Positions 1-13,419 of a stretch of 64,000 nt of DNA are shown piece after piece. The notes under the pieces are model-generated. The model was not told where the DNA came from, searched no databases, and saw only the letters and a program-made list of their open reading frames with translations. The position numbers and the translations under genes are program-made. How positions within the stretch are numbered: position 1 is the first letter of the stretch; every line of letters begins with the position of its first letter. Source of the stretch: Pelomyxa schiedti (Eukaryota > Protista > Evosea); contig JAHLWZ010000693.1 in NCBI GenBank assembly GCA_020536535.1, forward strand, positions 72,981 to 136,980, given 5' to 3'.

Positions 1-1866
1 ATCAACAATCTTGTAAGAGTCCTTAATACCATCACATCCTACACATACTTAGAAATAATAAAGTAGAAGGGGAGACCTACCATAGCATGGGTACACTGCA
101 AGAACTGTAATTGTTGGTTGGCCCCAGCCCAGCACTCCCAGTGTAATGAGATTATTTACAGTTGGTTGACTACATTGATTAAACCACAAAAAAAAGAAAA
201 AAAAAACTCACGTGGCAGTAAGCAACCTCACAGTAAATTTATAAGAGGTTTGGGGGAGTACATCGGAGTATTTGGGTGGAGTGATACTTTGAACGAACAG
301 ACCAGGGTCACTTACAACTTGCATCTATTGTTCCAAGGTTACTTAAGAGAAGGACAGTTAAACAAGTACAATCAAATTCTTAGTCAGATAATCAATTCCA
401 GTTAGAATGGCATCCACGACATTCGAGCTGTCGGACGCCAGCAGTACAGTTACACCAAACCTACATAAATCAGAAATAGTAGAAACTATAACAAACAAAC
501 CCCCAGTTCTTCACAATGTTAGAGAATGTAGCGTTCGGCCCAGCCCCACTTACAGCAAACACAGGGAAAACGTTCTTTTTCAAAAGGTGGGACTTGGTTC
601 CGTCTAAAGTTGGGTAATCCTCACCTAAAGAAATCCTGGGATCAAAAATCAACCAAAATAAGGGCTTGAATCACCTGTTCCTACCCAATGGCATCGATCG
701 ACAGGGCCGGTCCCATTCCAAGTGGTACCCACGGGATAGCACGGCAGATATCGGCATTCACTGTCACAGTCGTAATCGTTTACTGGCATGTAAACATCTT
801 TGCCCCAACAATCCCAGTTGGAAATTGTATGCCCAAGCTGCGGATCGGCATCAGTAAGAGTAACAATCATCTGGAAAGGAGCAAGTTAAGTCTTAAACCC
901 ATCAAGGGAGTGTAACCTTGAGAGCGTTGGTGCGCCACCCATTACTAGGGCACGTCGCTAGAACGACAGCACTTAAGGAAGCCTCGGGGTCATCTTGGTT
1001 ACCATACGTTAGAACACCCTTTTGTCGAGGTCAATGGTGAAAGGGTTTTAAAGAAACAACCATCATGGCCTGCTGTAATTTGTTATAATTCGAGGTTAGG
1101 TTCATTTCTGTCCGGTACTCAAAATTATTGCCGTCGATGTACCCCACAGGGTAAATGGGCTTATCCACAAAAACGGAATAACCAAACATAGCATTGGGTC
1201 GAATTTTCGTTACAGAGGCGAGAAGCCTTGGAATAAGTTTCGTCAAGGTGTCGATATCATCCCTCATACTAGCCGAACTGTCCTACTTTGTGTGACAACG
1301 CACCAACGGGATTTTTTTTGGGGTGGGTACCTGGTTGATCCACAGGTCCAAAGGTTGGGTGGCAGCATTTGGGACAATAACTTCTATTGGTACATCCAGG
1401 GCTTGAGTAGCAAGAAGGAAAACTTCAGTGTTGATTGGATTGATCTTCAGTTTGAGCAAGATGTAAGGAGAGCATCAGTAAAAAACAGAAGTATACCGGA
1501 GATCCCTCTGTTCGCCAAACAATCTGGCTGTGTTTGTGCTGCCAGATGCCATCACAAGTTCCCACGAGAGGACCAGTACCTTCACAGCGGCAAGATGTTG
1601 TAAGGTTTTTTTGCAAATAAAAGATTATAATCAAAAAAGGGGAAAAATGCAAAATGATAGACGAAAAAGAAAAAGAGAAAAAAAAGTGTAGGTGGTTTAC
1701 CAGTGGCATTCGCAGCCACACAAGAAGTCGTTGGAGCACACCATCCACAACCAGTAATAGCAACGCAAGTGCTACAAATTGTACCCGGAGTGCAATCAGC
1801 CGCACCGGATGCAGAGATCCAAGCAATAGCGACCAGCGCAAACGCAAGAATAACCGTCGACCTCAT
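1..1866 (-). CDS. ITGB: Integrin beta subunit (signal peptide, PSI, hybrid, betaI/vWA domain); multi-exon, runs off the left edge
   Basis: Exons translate to MRSTVILAFALVAIAW (signal), CSTCVAITGCGWC (PSI), PLDLWINQ|DSSASMRDD (MIDAS DxSxS + ADMIDAS DD), FGYSVFVDKP, GNQDDPEASLSAVVLATCPSNGWR, IVTLTDAD, EDYPTL..HLLKKNVFPVFAVS, LASDSSNVVDAI. These are colinear with metazoan integrin beta betaI motifs. Confidence 0.93.
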
Positions 1867-2309
1867 AGATCTCGCGTACTTTGTACTCTGTTTGTTGTGA
1901 CACGCGTCGCAAGTACGCAGTTTGGGGGTGGAGGACCGGGCGTTAGGCCGATGGTGTTAGGTTTTTTTTGGTTTGTTTTTCTTTTGGTCCTGCGAAGACG
2001 GGACAAATTTTGTTGAATATCTTTTTTCCGAAGGAACAGGAACACATCCAAGGTGCCGATGGCAGAGCCGTTGGAAACCTTCCTTTAGAAGAACAAGGGA
2101 CCACGAATTTCACATCTGTAGGGCGAAAGCAACCGTAGGAAGAAGATCTCCGTTTTGAGCCGGTTTTTGTACTGCTTTGTTTGGGAAAAACTCCAACGTC
2201 TTGAGCTTACGGGTAATTCAAGATAAAAAAAAACAAACGAACCAACCAAAAAAATCAAAAAACAACCAACACGCTACGCACACACACAACACCAGGTGGT
2301 CCAGAAACA

Positions 2310-5300
2310 ATGGTGTGTCGGCTACGACGTACGCGTGTGATTTTGGCTGCTCTGTTGGCCTTCGTGATCTGTATCCAGATCCCTTTTTCTTTTTCCCCTA
2401 CGAATTCGTAGTTTTTTTTTTTTTTTTTTTTTTTCGTACCGATATATTTAAAAACCTTTAGGTCGGTGTGCTGCCGACTACACGTTGTATCCTACGATTT
2501 TCCTTGAGGCTGAATATCCCACGTACACGGGCACTGGTTGGGAAGTTATTTCGCAGGAGCAATTCAACTCGTGTGGTTTAATTCTACGTGCAAATGCTGA
2601 ATCTGACGAGGCAGGAAATTGGGCCACCTACATATTCAATGTTCCTTCGTAAGGATATTCTGTTCTTGAATCCAGCTTAAATTCCCAAGCACTGGAACTT
2701 ACTGGTTGTGGGCCCGCGTACAGAGTGTCATGTCCGGGAGTATCACTTTTCAAGGGTGCAATGTCCAAGTGGACACGGTTCGATTTACTTCCGTGAATGT
2801 TGTCTTCGACCCACTTTCATACAGAATGCTATTTTCTCTTGGTCGATGGGCTGGCCTCCCCTCTTTTCCTCCTCGTACATGGAATATCCCCATGGTTGGA
2901 GAAGAGCCACTTCATATACCTTCACTACTACTGGACCTCACAATTTGACTATTACCACTCGGTAAATGTTTTTTCTTTTTTTTATCTTCTCACTCTCTTA
3001 GAATGAAATATGCTACAATTGATAAGTTCATGTTTACTCAGGACGGTACCTCAACAGCACCCCCTTACTTCGATCTTGGGTATACTGCAATTAACATCCC
3101 AACCGGCAAATGTATAATTGTGTTTTTCCGGCACTTCATTTACTTTTTCTTTCCTAAATGAAGGTCAGACTGCCTACTTCGAGGCTGAGTATGGAGACAC
3201 CACAGGGTTATCAATCATTGGCGCACCCGACGCCTCTAAGGAAGGAGCTATTTACAAAACTGCCAATGTGAGTGTCTGCACAACAAGTACTTCCGGGACT
3301 GCTGTTCGAGTGCGTTGTTGGGATTTTTTTTCCGTACTATTGACCTCCCTCCAGTTTAACCTGAATTTTTCGGATCCTAGTGTCTATCGTGCTGTGTGGT
3401 TGCGGCTGTTAGCTCCTTCAACAAGTGCTAATGAGGCTTATATCATTGTAATCTTTCGTGTTCTATTTGAGACTGCTCATAATTTTATTTTTGATACCAT
3501 AAGAATACTGGCAGTTGTTCTTCTGCCCTTGTACTCGCGGCACTTCCCTCTCCCGAATTTCAGTGGGTCAGAGTAAGTTCCCCTTGTTTTTTTATTATTG
3601 TTAACCCACACAGCTGTACAAACCCGTTTCTGTCGATAACGAGTTCCATTTGATCATTTCCCCAAAGGAACCTTATCTTTACATCGATAAAGTTTTCATT
3701 GGATATGCCGGCAACCCCTCTGATTCCGTGGATGCGCCTATTCCCGATGCTCGTACGCTACTCTTTCTGTACTCTGGAGATTAACACATATTTAGCATCA
3801 TCATGTACCAAGAATGGTCTCTGTGACCCTGTAACCTCATGTACTTACACCACATCTGTTACCTGCTCAGCCTGCCCCACCCTCGGTTACAGCGGTGGTT
3901 GTGCTTTGCTTTCTACTCCGTCTTGTCAACCGGATGGGTGCAAACGTATTGTACCATTTGGTTGCTTTTACGATCGAACTGCTGCTTTAAGTGCCCTCAG
4001 TGATTCACTGCCCTTCCCAACCTCAGCTCTGACGGTTGAAATGTGGATGCAACCTATGTTGGAAATGCTTACCAAGGACCATACTGTCTTTTCTTACGTG
4101 AGTAACAAACCAAATTTCTCTGAGCTCCACATCCGTTATAACCCGACAACCGGACTGTTCTTGTGCGTTTCGATTTATCTTTTTTTGTTCCTCTTACTGA
4201 AAACAGAAAAATTAATGGCATTGCTTTCCGACCAACAACTAATGTATACCTGACAAAGAAGAACATGTGGTATCATGTCTCGGTACAATCATGACCTGGC
4301 TACATGATTTCGTAACCTTTCTCAAGGTAACTTGGGACATTGACGGCAAAACAGTAAAGCTCTATCTCAACAATCTTCTCAAGCACACCTGGCACTACAC
4401 AGGGGTATAAATCTCGGGAGTGCTCTAGATTTTAACTTAACTCAGACTGTTACGTTTTACTCTCCTGGAGTTATTTCTCTTGGGAAACCAATTTCTTATG
4501 GTATTGCTTTTGGTCGTGGCCTTTCTTACAAACCCAGGAAAATCGTTTACTTACTCTGACGGTTCGGAACCAAGTTTTTCTATCGACGAGCTGCATATTT
4601 GGAATAAAGTTTTAGACAGTTCCGAATGGACACCTTACCAATCCGCACCGATTACTGTGGCTGTAGCTAATCTACTGTGTAAGTGATTCCACCGTTTGTT
4701 CAATCCTTATTTTGGTTAGATTCCTTCAGTTTCGGAACTGCGGTGGATACTTTCAGTGTGTCTGTTCCTGTTTGCCCGGCCATAACCTCGGACACTTTTT
4801 TACCATACAAGATCACACTCCGTCCAAGCGAAGGTAAGCCTGACTGTTCTCGTTCTTCTCTAAGCACTGATAGCTGTTGCTCTACGCAATTTATACTATT
4901 CTATGGGCGGTGCCAGCTGGGGTGTTAACGTTAACTGGTTGTATGATAAACCTTGCAATGGGTCTTCTCCCGTTTGGTTCGGTATCGACTGCAACTCCAA
5001 CGGTCGTGTGTCTGCGATGTAATGCCATAGTATTTGCGAGTTAGTATTCACTCCCTTAGAAATCTTCCATACAACAACTTGGTGGGCAAGTTCCCTGAGT
5101 TCTATGACCAAAAGTTTTTCACCTCTTTAACTTCTCTGGATCTCTTGTATGAACTCCCCACCCATAACCTGAACTAACATAGTCAAGAATTTTGTCAGAG
5201 AATTCCATAAGCGGCCCAGTTCCTGACGATATTGGTTTCTTGGAATCCGTAACATCAATGTATAAAGAGTGTGAATCTACTTGTTAAGTTAACTTGTTAA

Positions 5301-8300
5301 AGATTTGCCTACGGAAACAAACTGACTGCGCTCCCTTCGACTTTCTCAAAGCTCACTAATCTGACCCAACTGTATGTACTTCTTTTCTCGAATAGCGCTT
5401 AATTGGCAAAGGTTTTTGCAGGACAATCTTCTCTCGGGATCTGTCCCTGAAATGTTCGCTACAATGGAAGAACTGACCTATCTGTAAGTTTGTACTGTTC
5501 TAGATTGTTTTGACCACTGCCAAGGTACCTCTCTGACAACGCTTTGACTGGTAGTGTGCCTGTTTCTCTGGCTGACAGCAATATCAAATTCTTGTAAGAT
5601 TTTCCTGTAGTTTCTCGCGTTCTAATTTCCGAAAGGGATTTGAGCAATAACCAACTTTCTGGAACTCTTCCAGAAGAGATAGTGAGCTCTCAAATTTATT
5701 ATATGTTGCACCCCTTTGCTTTGCCTTGCTTTTGTAACTTCTCTTAGGGATCTGTCAAACAACCAGCTGAGCGGTTTGATCCCTGACAGAACCCCTCAGG
5801 ACGACAGTAATATGATTCAAATGTTTCCCTCTCCCCCTACATCGTGCCTTGTAATTTGCTGGTAGGGACCTTGGGGGCAATAGTTTCCGTTGCATGCTTC
5901 CGCCGTTTATGCGTTTGGACACTCTTAAGTTCAAGATCGATGTACAAGGAACTATTTTCTTCTGCCCAACGAACGAAATTTCTGCTGCTGTTGTCAATGA
6001 GGCCTGTGGTATGCTACGCTTCCCCCCAAAGTTCTGGATTCACTTTCCTCTAGAGAGTGTATTTATCAACAGTATTACCCCGTCTGACTGGAACGTTTCC
6101 AAAGGCTTCGATCACGTTGTTGCCACATTGAATGTATCTTCTGTTCACAAGTGTGCTGGTGTTGTTGTTGAGTTCTTGGGACTCGGTCTCGTTAAACCAT
6201 TCTCTGTTGCTGAGGATGAAATCAAAATTTACCTCCCGGAGGCGCCCACAGCGGCCTACCCACTGCGCATCAAGTGGTTGGGTGATTTCTACAACGATAC
6301 CTACATTTCCAGCAACATGGTTGATATTACTTACTGGAAGCCTTGCCCAGATAACTGTGTTAAACCTTATGGCGTTTGCATGGGCATAAGTGGAATTTGC
6401 CAGTGTAATACAACATGGGATGGGCCGGATTGCCACAGCAAAGCGTGCCCAGGCAATTGCAACAGTCATGGTGTGTGCGACGGTCTTACTGGTAAATGTA
6501 ATTGCACGGACCCGTGGTTTGGAGTTTCTTGTAATGCTGCTCGCCAGGATTGTGCCGCTTTGAATTACTGTTCTGGGTTTGTGTACTCTTGCTTTAGGTT
6601 ATCCTCACTTCCTCTGCAGAACCGGACAATGTGATATTTACAAAGGGACATGCTCGTGCTACCTTGGTTACTGGTGTGTGTACTCGGTCTCTTTCCAATT
6701 CTTACACATGTAGGGGTGATGACTGCTCTAATAAGACTTGCCCTCCTTACAAAAAACCATTTTGTAACCATGGGTGGTGTAACGGAACAGCGGGCACCTG
6801 TGTCTGCACTTCCGGGTGGGCAGGGGATGCTTGTGATAAGCCTGCAAAGCCCTGTCCAGCAAACTGTACCAATGAAGTTCAGGGAAGTTGTGACCTTGTC
6901 TCTGGTAAGTTTTTTATTGGCCCTTATTTTGTTTCACGTTTCCTCAGGAACTTGTGTGTGCTACCAGGTTGGATCGATAAAGTGGGGAGGCCCGAACTGC
7001 AGCGAGGCTGTGTGCCTTCCTGCTTGCGTTTCAGGTCAAGGCTCCTGTGAGAATAGCACCTGCAAGTGTGCGGCTGGATATCAAGGGGCAGACTGTGGCG
7101 TATTGCATATTCCTTGTCTCAATAATTGTACTGACCAAGGGTCTTGTGACTACCGATTTGGAAATTGCACCTGCGAATATGGTTTCAGGGTACTGTTCTT
7201 GTTCCTTTGTAGTGAATGTGTTAATTTTGTATAGGGAGAGGACTGCAGCCTTTTCGTCTGTGCAGGCACACCTGAGTGCAATTCGCCTCACGGCACCTGC
7301 AATCAAACGGATGGCACTTGCCTCTGCCAGGATGACCGAGGCACTACAGGAGAATACTATACCGGCTTCCGTTGCCAATACCAGAACTTCCAATGCCCAG
7401 GCACTCCTACGTGCTCTGGTCATGGTTTTTGTGACAAGTCTGACGGAATTTGTACCTGCTCTTATCCCTACGATTGGGCAAGTGCTACAGATTGTTCCAT
7501 TGCTTTATGTCCTAAAAACTGTTCCTACCCTCAAGGTACATATTTTTGAGGAACTTCATCTTTTTACCACTCCCTTTAGGAGTATGTGACAGATCCACTG
7601 GCAAGTGCGCGTGCACTTCGGAGTACAATACTACCCAGGACTGCTCCTATAAGCACAGTATATTACATTATCCATAAACCCTTTGCCGACAATTAATAAC
7701 AGTTGATTGCCCGGCAAGCTGCAACCACGGCTATTGTGATTACATGGTTGGAGAATGCAAGTGCGACGTTGGATACGGTGATGCCACCAACACCACTTAC
7801 TGTGATTTCCTACTGTGTCCCGCCAACTGTAACGGGCAGGGGGCCTGCATAAACGGGTCTTGCGACTGCATTACTGGTTTGTGTCTGAGTTTTTGTGATT
7901 TTCTGAACCTGGCTAAGGTTGGTCTGGATCCAGTTGTGCCATCTCCAATGTCAGTTGCCCTGATAACTGCAATGCCCCTAATGGCTACTGCACAACAGAC
8001 GGTGAATGTTTCTGCTACGGCACCTTCTATGGCCCCGCTTGCGCGGACAGTTGGCTTCTCTCTTTTCTTCCTTTTTTTTAAAAACCCTTTTAGAGAGTTG
8101 TTACTCTGGTTGCTCTGGGCATGGTCTCTGTGATACTGTCACAGGCACTTGCACCTGCGACCCTGGTTTTGAACTTCCGGACTGCTATATTAACTTGTGT
8201 TCATTGAACGACTACTGCACTTCCAACAAGCGTGGTACTTGTGATTCTCTGTCGGGAACGTGCAACTGCATTTCTCCGTATTGGGGATCCTCTTGCGAAA

Positions 8301-10387
8301 ATATTTGGTGTCCTTCGAACTGTACAGGACACGGGAATTGCTCATACGAAACGTTGTTCCTTTACCTTTATGTAAGTATTTAACGTTACGTAGTGGAGTG
8401 TGCACGTGTGAAGACGTCTATATAGGCACAGTATGTTTCTGTTTCCCTCATTTTTTCTTTCCCGCTGTGGTACTAAGGACAATAAAGGCTTGTGAGACCT
8501 TCTCTGTTGCTTGCCCTCCCGATCGTATGAATGAGTGCAATGGCAACGGCAAATGTGACAATACGGTGGGTGTCTGCGATTGCCAGAGCGGCTTCTTTGG
8601 TACAGAGTGCAACCAACGTATGTGTCCTTTCGTATAAATCGCCATTGACCTATAAAGGCTGGTGCCCAAATAACTGTTCTGATCATGGTACCTGCAATTA
8701 TGCAACTGGGGAATGCACATGTAACGTCGGTTGGAATGAGCCAACCGACATTACTTGCTCTGTGAGATACGTTGACTGCTTGTAGGTGTAGTTTCCTTGA
8801 CACTTTGTTGTAACTATACGCAGGGAGCCAAATTGCACTGGTAATGGCTTCTGCAATAAGTATATCGAGACGGCTGGGCACGGTACCTGTTATTGTTATT
8901 CCGGTTACTATGGAGACAGTTGCGAGTTCAAGTCTTGCCCTCCTCGTTGTGATGAGCACGGCACTTGTGAATCGAACGGCACTTGCACGTGTGACCAGTA
9001 TTGGAACGGGACTGCTTGTCTCGAGCCGACGAGTATGTGTTCCTTCCTTTGGTCTTATGTACCCATTTAAACAGAGCCATGCCCTGGTGATTGCTACACT
9101 CCTCATGGTACATGCAATCATGTTTCTGGAAACTGCACATGCGCTATACCTTATGAGCTACCCTATTGTCAATATGGTATCAATCAGCCACTCTTTTATA
9201 TTTTAATCATTGTTTTCCCAGCTCCGTGCTATTTGGATTGTTCTGGCCATGGTACCTGCATTCGAGAGAATGGCACCTGCACTTGCCAACAGTATTATAG
9301 TGGCGCTGGTTGTCAGATAGCCAACCTTCCTTGCGTTCCTTCCTGCACTATACATGGGAAGTGTGATCCGAAGTGCGCTTTCTCCTCAGTTAATTTTTTA
9401 TGTAACTCCGCTTCAGTACTGGAACTTGTGTGTGCTCTGGAGGTTTCCATGGAACTACGTGCAACAACAAAACTGTATGGGTTTCTAAATGCTTGTCCCT
9501 ATTTAACGGTTTCAGTGCCCTGGTGCGACACCCTGCAACAGCAAGGGTACCTGTGATTGGAGTACAGGAACGTGCACTTGCCCAGACCCAGAGTGGCAAG
9601 GGGATGCTTGCCAAATCCCCAACTGTGCGTTTTTACATTCTGACTTTTTTGGGTTTAACATGTGTCAAGTGCCTTGCCCCGGTAATTGTACAAATTCCAC
9701 ACACGGCCTGTGCAATGCCCAAACTGTAATCCCTCACACTCTCCAACAATCATTCTAAATCACAAAAGGGAACCTGCTCTTGCCGTTACCCTTACTTCGG
9801 GTCATCATGCTCCAACAGTACTTTCTTCCTTTCCCTTATTTTCCTCTTATGGTTCCCCAGTACACTGCCCAAATCAGTGCAGAGGCTACGGCACATGTAA
9901 TAACATCACCGGAGTTTGCACCTGCTTCGGAAGACATCTTCCTCCCGACTGCTTCTTCAGTAAGCCTTCACTCTTCTTGTTCTTCATACCACCCCTACTT
10001 ACTTTACCCACAGGCTCGTGCCCGGGTAACTGCAGCGGGCATGGTACCTGCAACCCATTCACTGGTCTGTGCACTTGCTCTCCTTATGACATGTGGGGCG
10101 GCGACGATTGCAACACCCGACTCTGCCCTATGGACTGCTCCGGCTCCGGCACATGCAAGAGCAGCGGCAAGTGCGATTGCAAGATTGGAACCACCGGCGA
10201 CGGTTGCCAGAAGGAGAACTGGTGGATAATCGTTGTCTGTGCCTGTGGTGGCTCCCTCATCCTGGTTGGTGGTGCCTTCGGTGCATTCATGGCCATCAGA
10301 CAGTTCCGAATCAGCCAAGCCACCAAGCGCAAGATAGCCAACCAAGGCAAGTACTCTAGTGCTGAGATGGCGCCCTCTGGGCATTGA
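2310..10387 (+). CDS. Giant type I membrane protein: signal peptide, two CBM-like (xEAE) modules, LamG/pentraxin domain, plant-type LRRs, Ig-like segment, about 28 tenascin-type EGF repeats, TM, short tail
   Basis: ATG 2310 MVCRLRRTRVILAALLAFVI; LTVEMWMQP..WYHVS..VTWD..IDELHIWNKVL (LamG); DLSNNQLSGTLP/DLSNNQLSGLIP (LRR); repeated CPxNCSGHGTCxxxTGxCxC across 6350-10210 (hand count about 28); TM WWIIVVCACGGSLILVGGAFGAFMAI; stop 10387. Confidence 0.85.
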
Positions 10388-10701
10388 GAGGTTGTTGAGT
10401 ATTAACGGGACAATACAACTGTCATTTTTAATTTTTTTTGTCCGACGCTGGCTTTTTTCTTTGCCTTCTTGCTTCGTAAGGGGAGCCACTCCACTACTCT
10501 GTTCTCGTAGTACCGCACAGATTGGTTAGCTCTCGTACCTCTAGATCTAAAAAAAGTGGGTGGCACAGTGCAACTCTTAGCTGTGTTGCAAGCTAAAATC
10601 TACACCAGATTTCACGTTTCTTCTAAACGCTTTCTCCTTCCACCATCATAAAACGGGCTCTTTTTATTCAACGTTTTTCGACAACCAAATTTCAGTAATA
10701 A

Positions 10702-12427
<1,726 letters not shown>

Positions 12428-12577
12428 GACCTCCCCTTTACATAAGCAGACCTTGGTGCATAAGCTACCAAACTGACTGACCACTGAGCATGCGAATACC
12501 GCAGTGCACTGGGTCTGCAGCAAAAGGGGGGGTGTAAAACACCTCTACACAGCAGGCTGATAACGCGGGTCTGGAGG

Positions 12578-12649
12578 TGTGCTCTGGTGACGAAGTGGGA
12601 CAACAAATACCTGCTTGGTAATGTTCTGCTACTGATGATATTGAGCACA
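12578..12649 (+). promoter_or_regulatory. Eukaryotic type II SECIS element in the TrxR 3' UTR
   Basis: Helix I TGTGCTC(12578-84)/GAGCACA(12643-49); core GTGAC(12587-91)/TGAT(12633-36); helix II GAAGTGGGAC/GTTCTGCTAC; apical unpaired AACAAA; mini-helix TACC/GGTA. Pairing was derived by hand. Confidence 0.88.
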
Positions 12650-12747
12650 AGAAAAACCTCTGGAACCACGTTTTGGCCAAATCCACGACACAAACCAAAC
12701 CTATCCAATTAAAAACACAAAGACAAACTAAAAGAAAGTACTTTTTG

Positions 12748-13215
12748 TTACTCCAAGCTCTTTCTAGTCTTTTTTGTGAGCCCGCCCCTGATTTCCTTGA
12801 AGATGCGATCAACTTGCAACTTGTTGAAAGCTTCGGAACCCGAGTGGAAGGAATACAACGCGGAATCAAATCGTTGAACGAGGCTGTGGTTGCAACAAGA
12901 GTTATTCAGGCACAGATTTCTGAGGGTCAGGAGATGTGCCTCCAGCATCTCAAGCGACTTCTGAAAACGAGCAATGGCGCGTTGGGCGGCCGACACCGAA
13001 ATCAGATCGCAACTTGCGCGTTCAAGCACTGAAGTCAGAATTGTGGTGAGCTCGTCACTGGCGCACTCGAGCTCCTCGTTGGCGTCGCACACGTGATTGG
13101 CACAATCACGGATAGAGAGAGGGTCCTCCTTCAGAGTGAGATTTGCAACCTGCGCACACAGAGTGTTGATTTGTTCCGACAACGACGGTTGTTCTTCTCG
13201 TTGCATGTCTGCCAT
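12748..13215 (-). CDS. Hypothetical intronless helical/coiled-coil protein (about 155 aa)
   Basis: Open frame from ATG 13215 (MADMQREEQPSLSEQINTL...) to stop 12748; heptad-like composition; no recognisable motif. Confidence 0.5.
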   Translation of the reverse strand: MADMQREEQPSLSEQINTLCAQVANLTLKEDPLSIRDCANHVCDANEELECASDELTTILTSVLERASCDLISVSAAQRAIARFQKSLEMLEAHLLTLRNLCLNNSCCNHSLVQRFDSALYSFHSGSEAFNKLQVDRIFKEIRGGLTKKTRKSLE

Positions 13216-13419
13216 GTTGTTTTTAATCAGCAGGAATCCTGTTGTGTGTGATTCACTCGTTGTGTAAAACGACTTACTTCCCTGGGTGCGGTATTCCGTA
13301 GTCTTGGACAACGCCTCGTGCTCGGTGCCTCTTTTTCGTTTTGCTGTCCGTTTTGTTTTTGGTTTCCCTTAAAAAGTGCCGAAAAAAACTTGACCTTATC
13401 ACCGGTGACCTGTACATTG

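Noticed and set aside
2310-10387. Integrin alpha partner for the adjacent beta
   Set aside because: No FG-GAP propeller repeats and no GFFKR membrane-proximal motif are visible.
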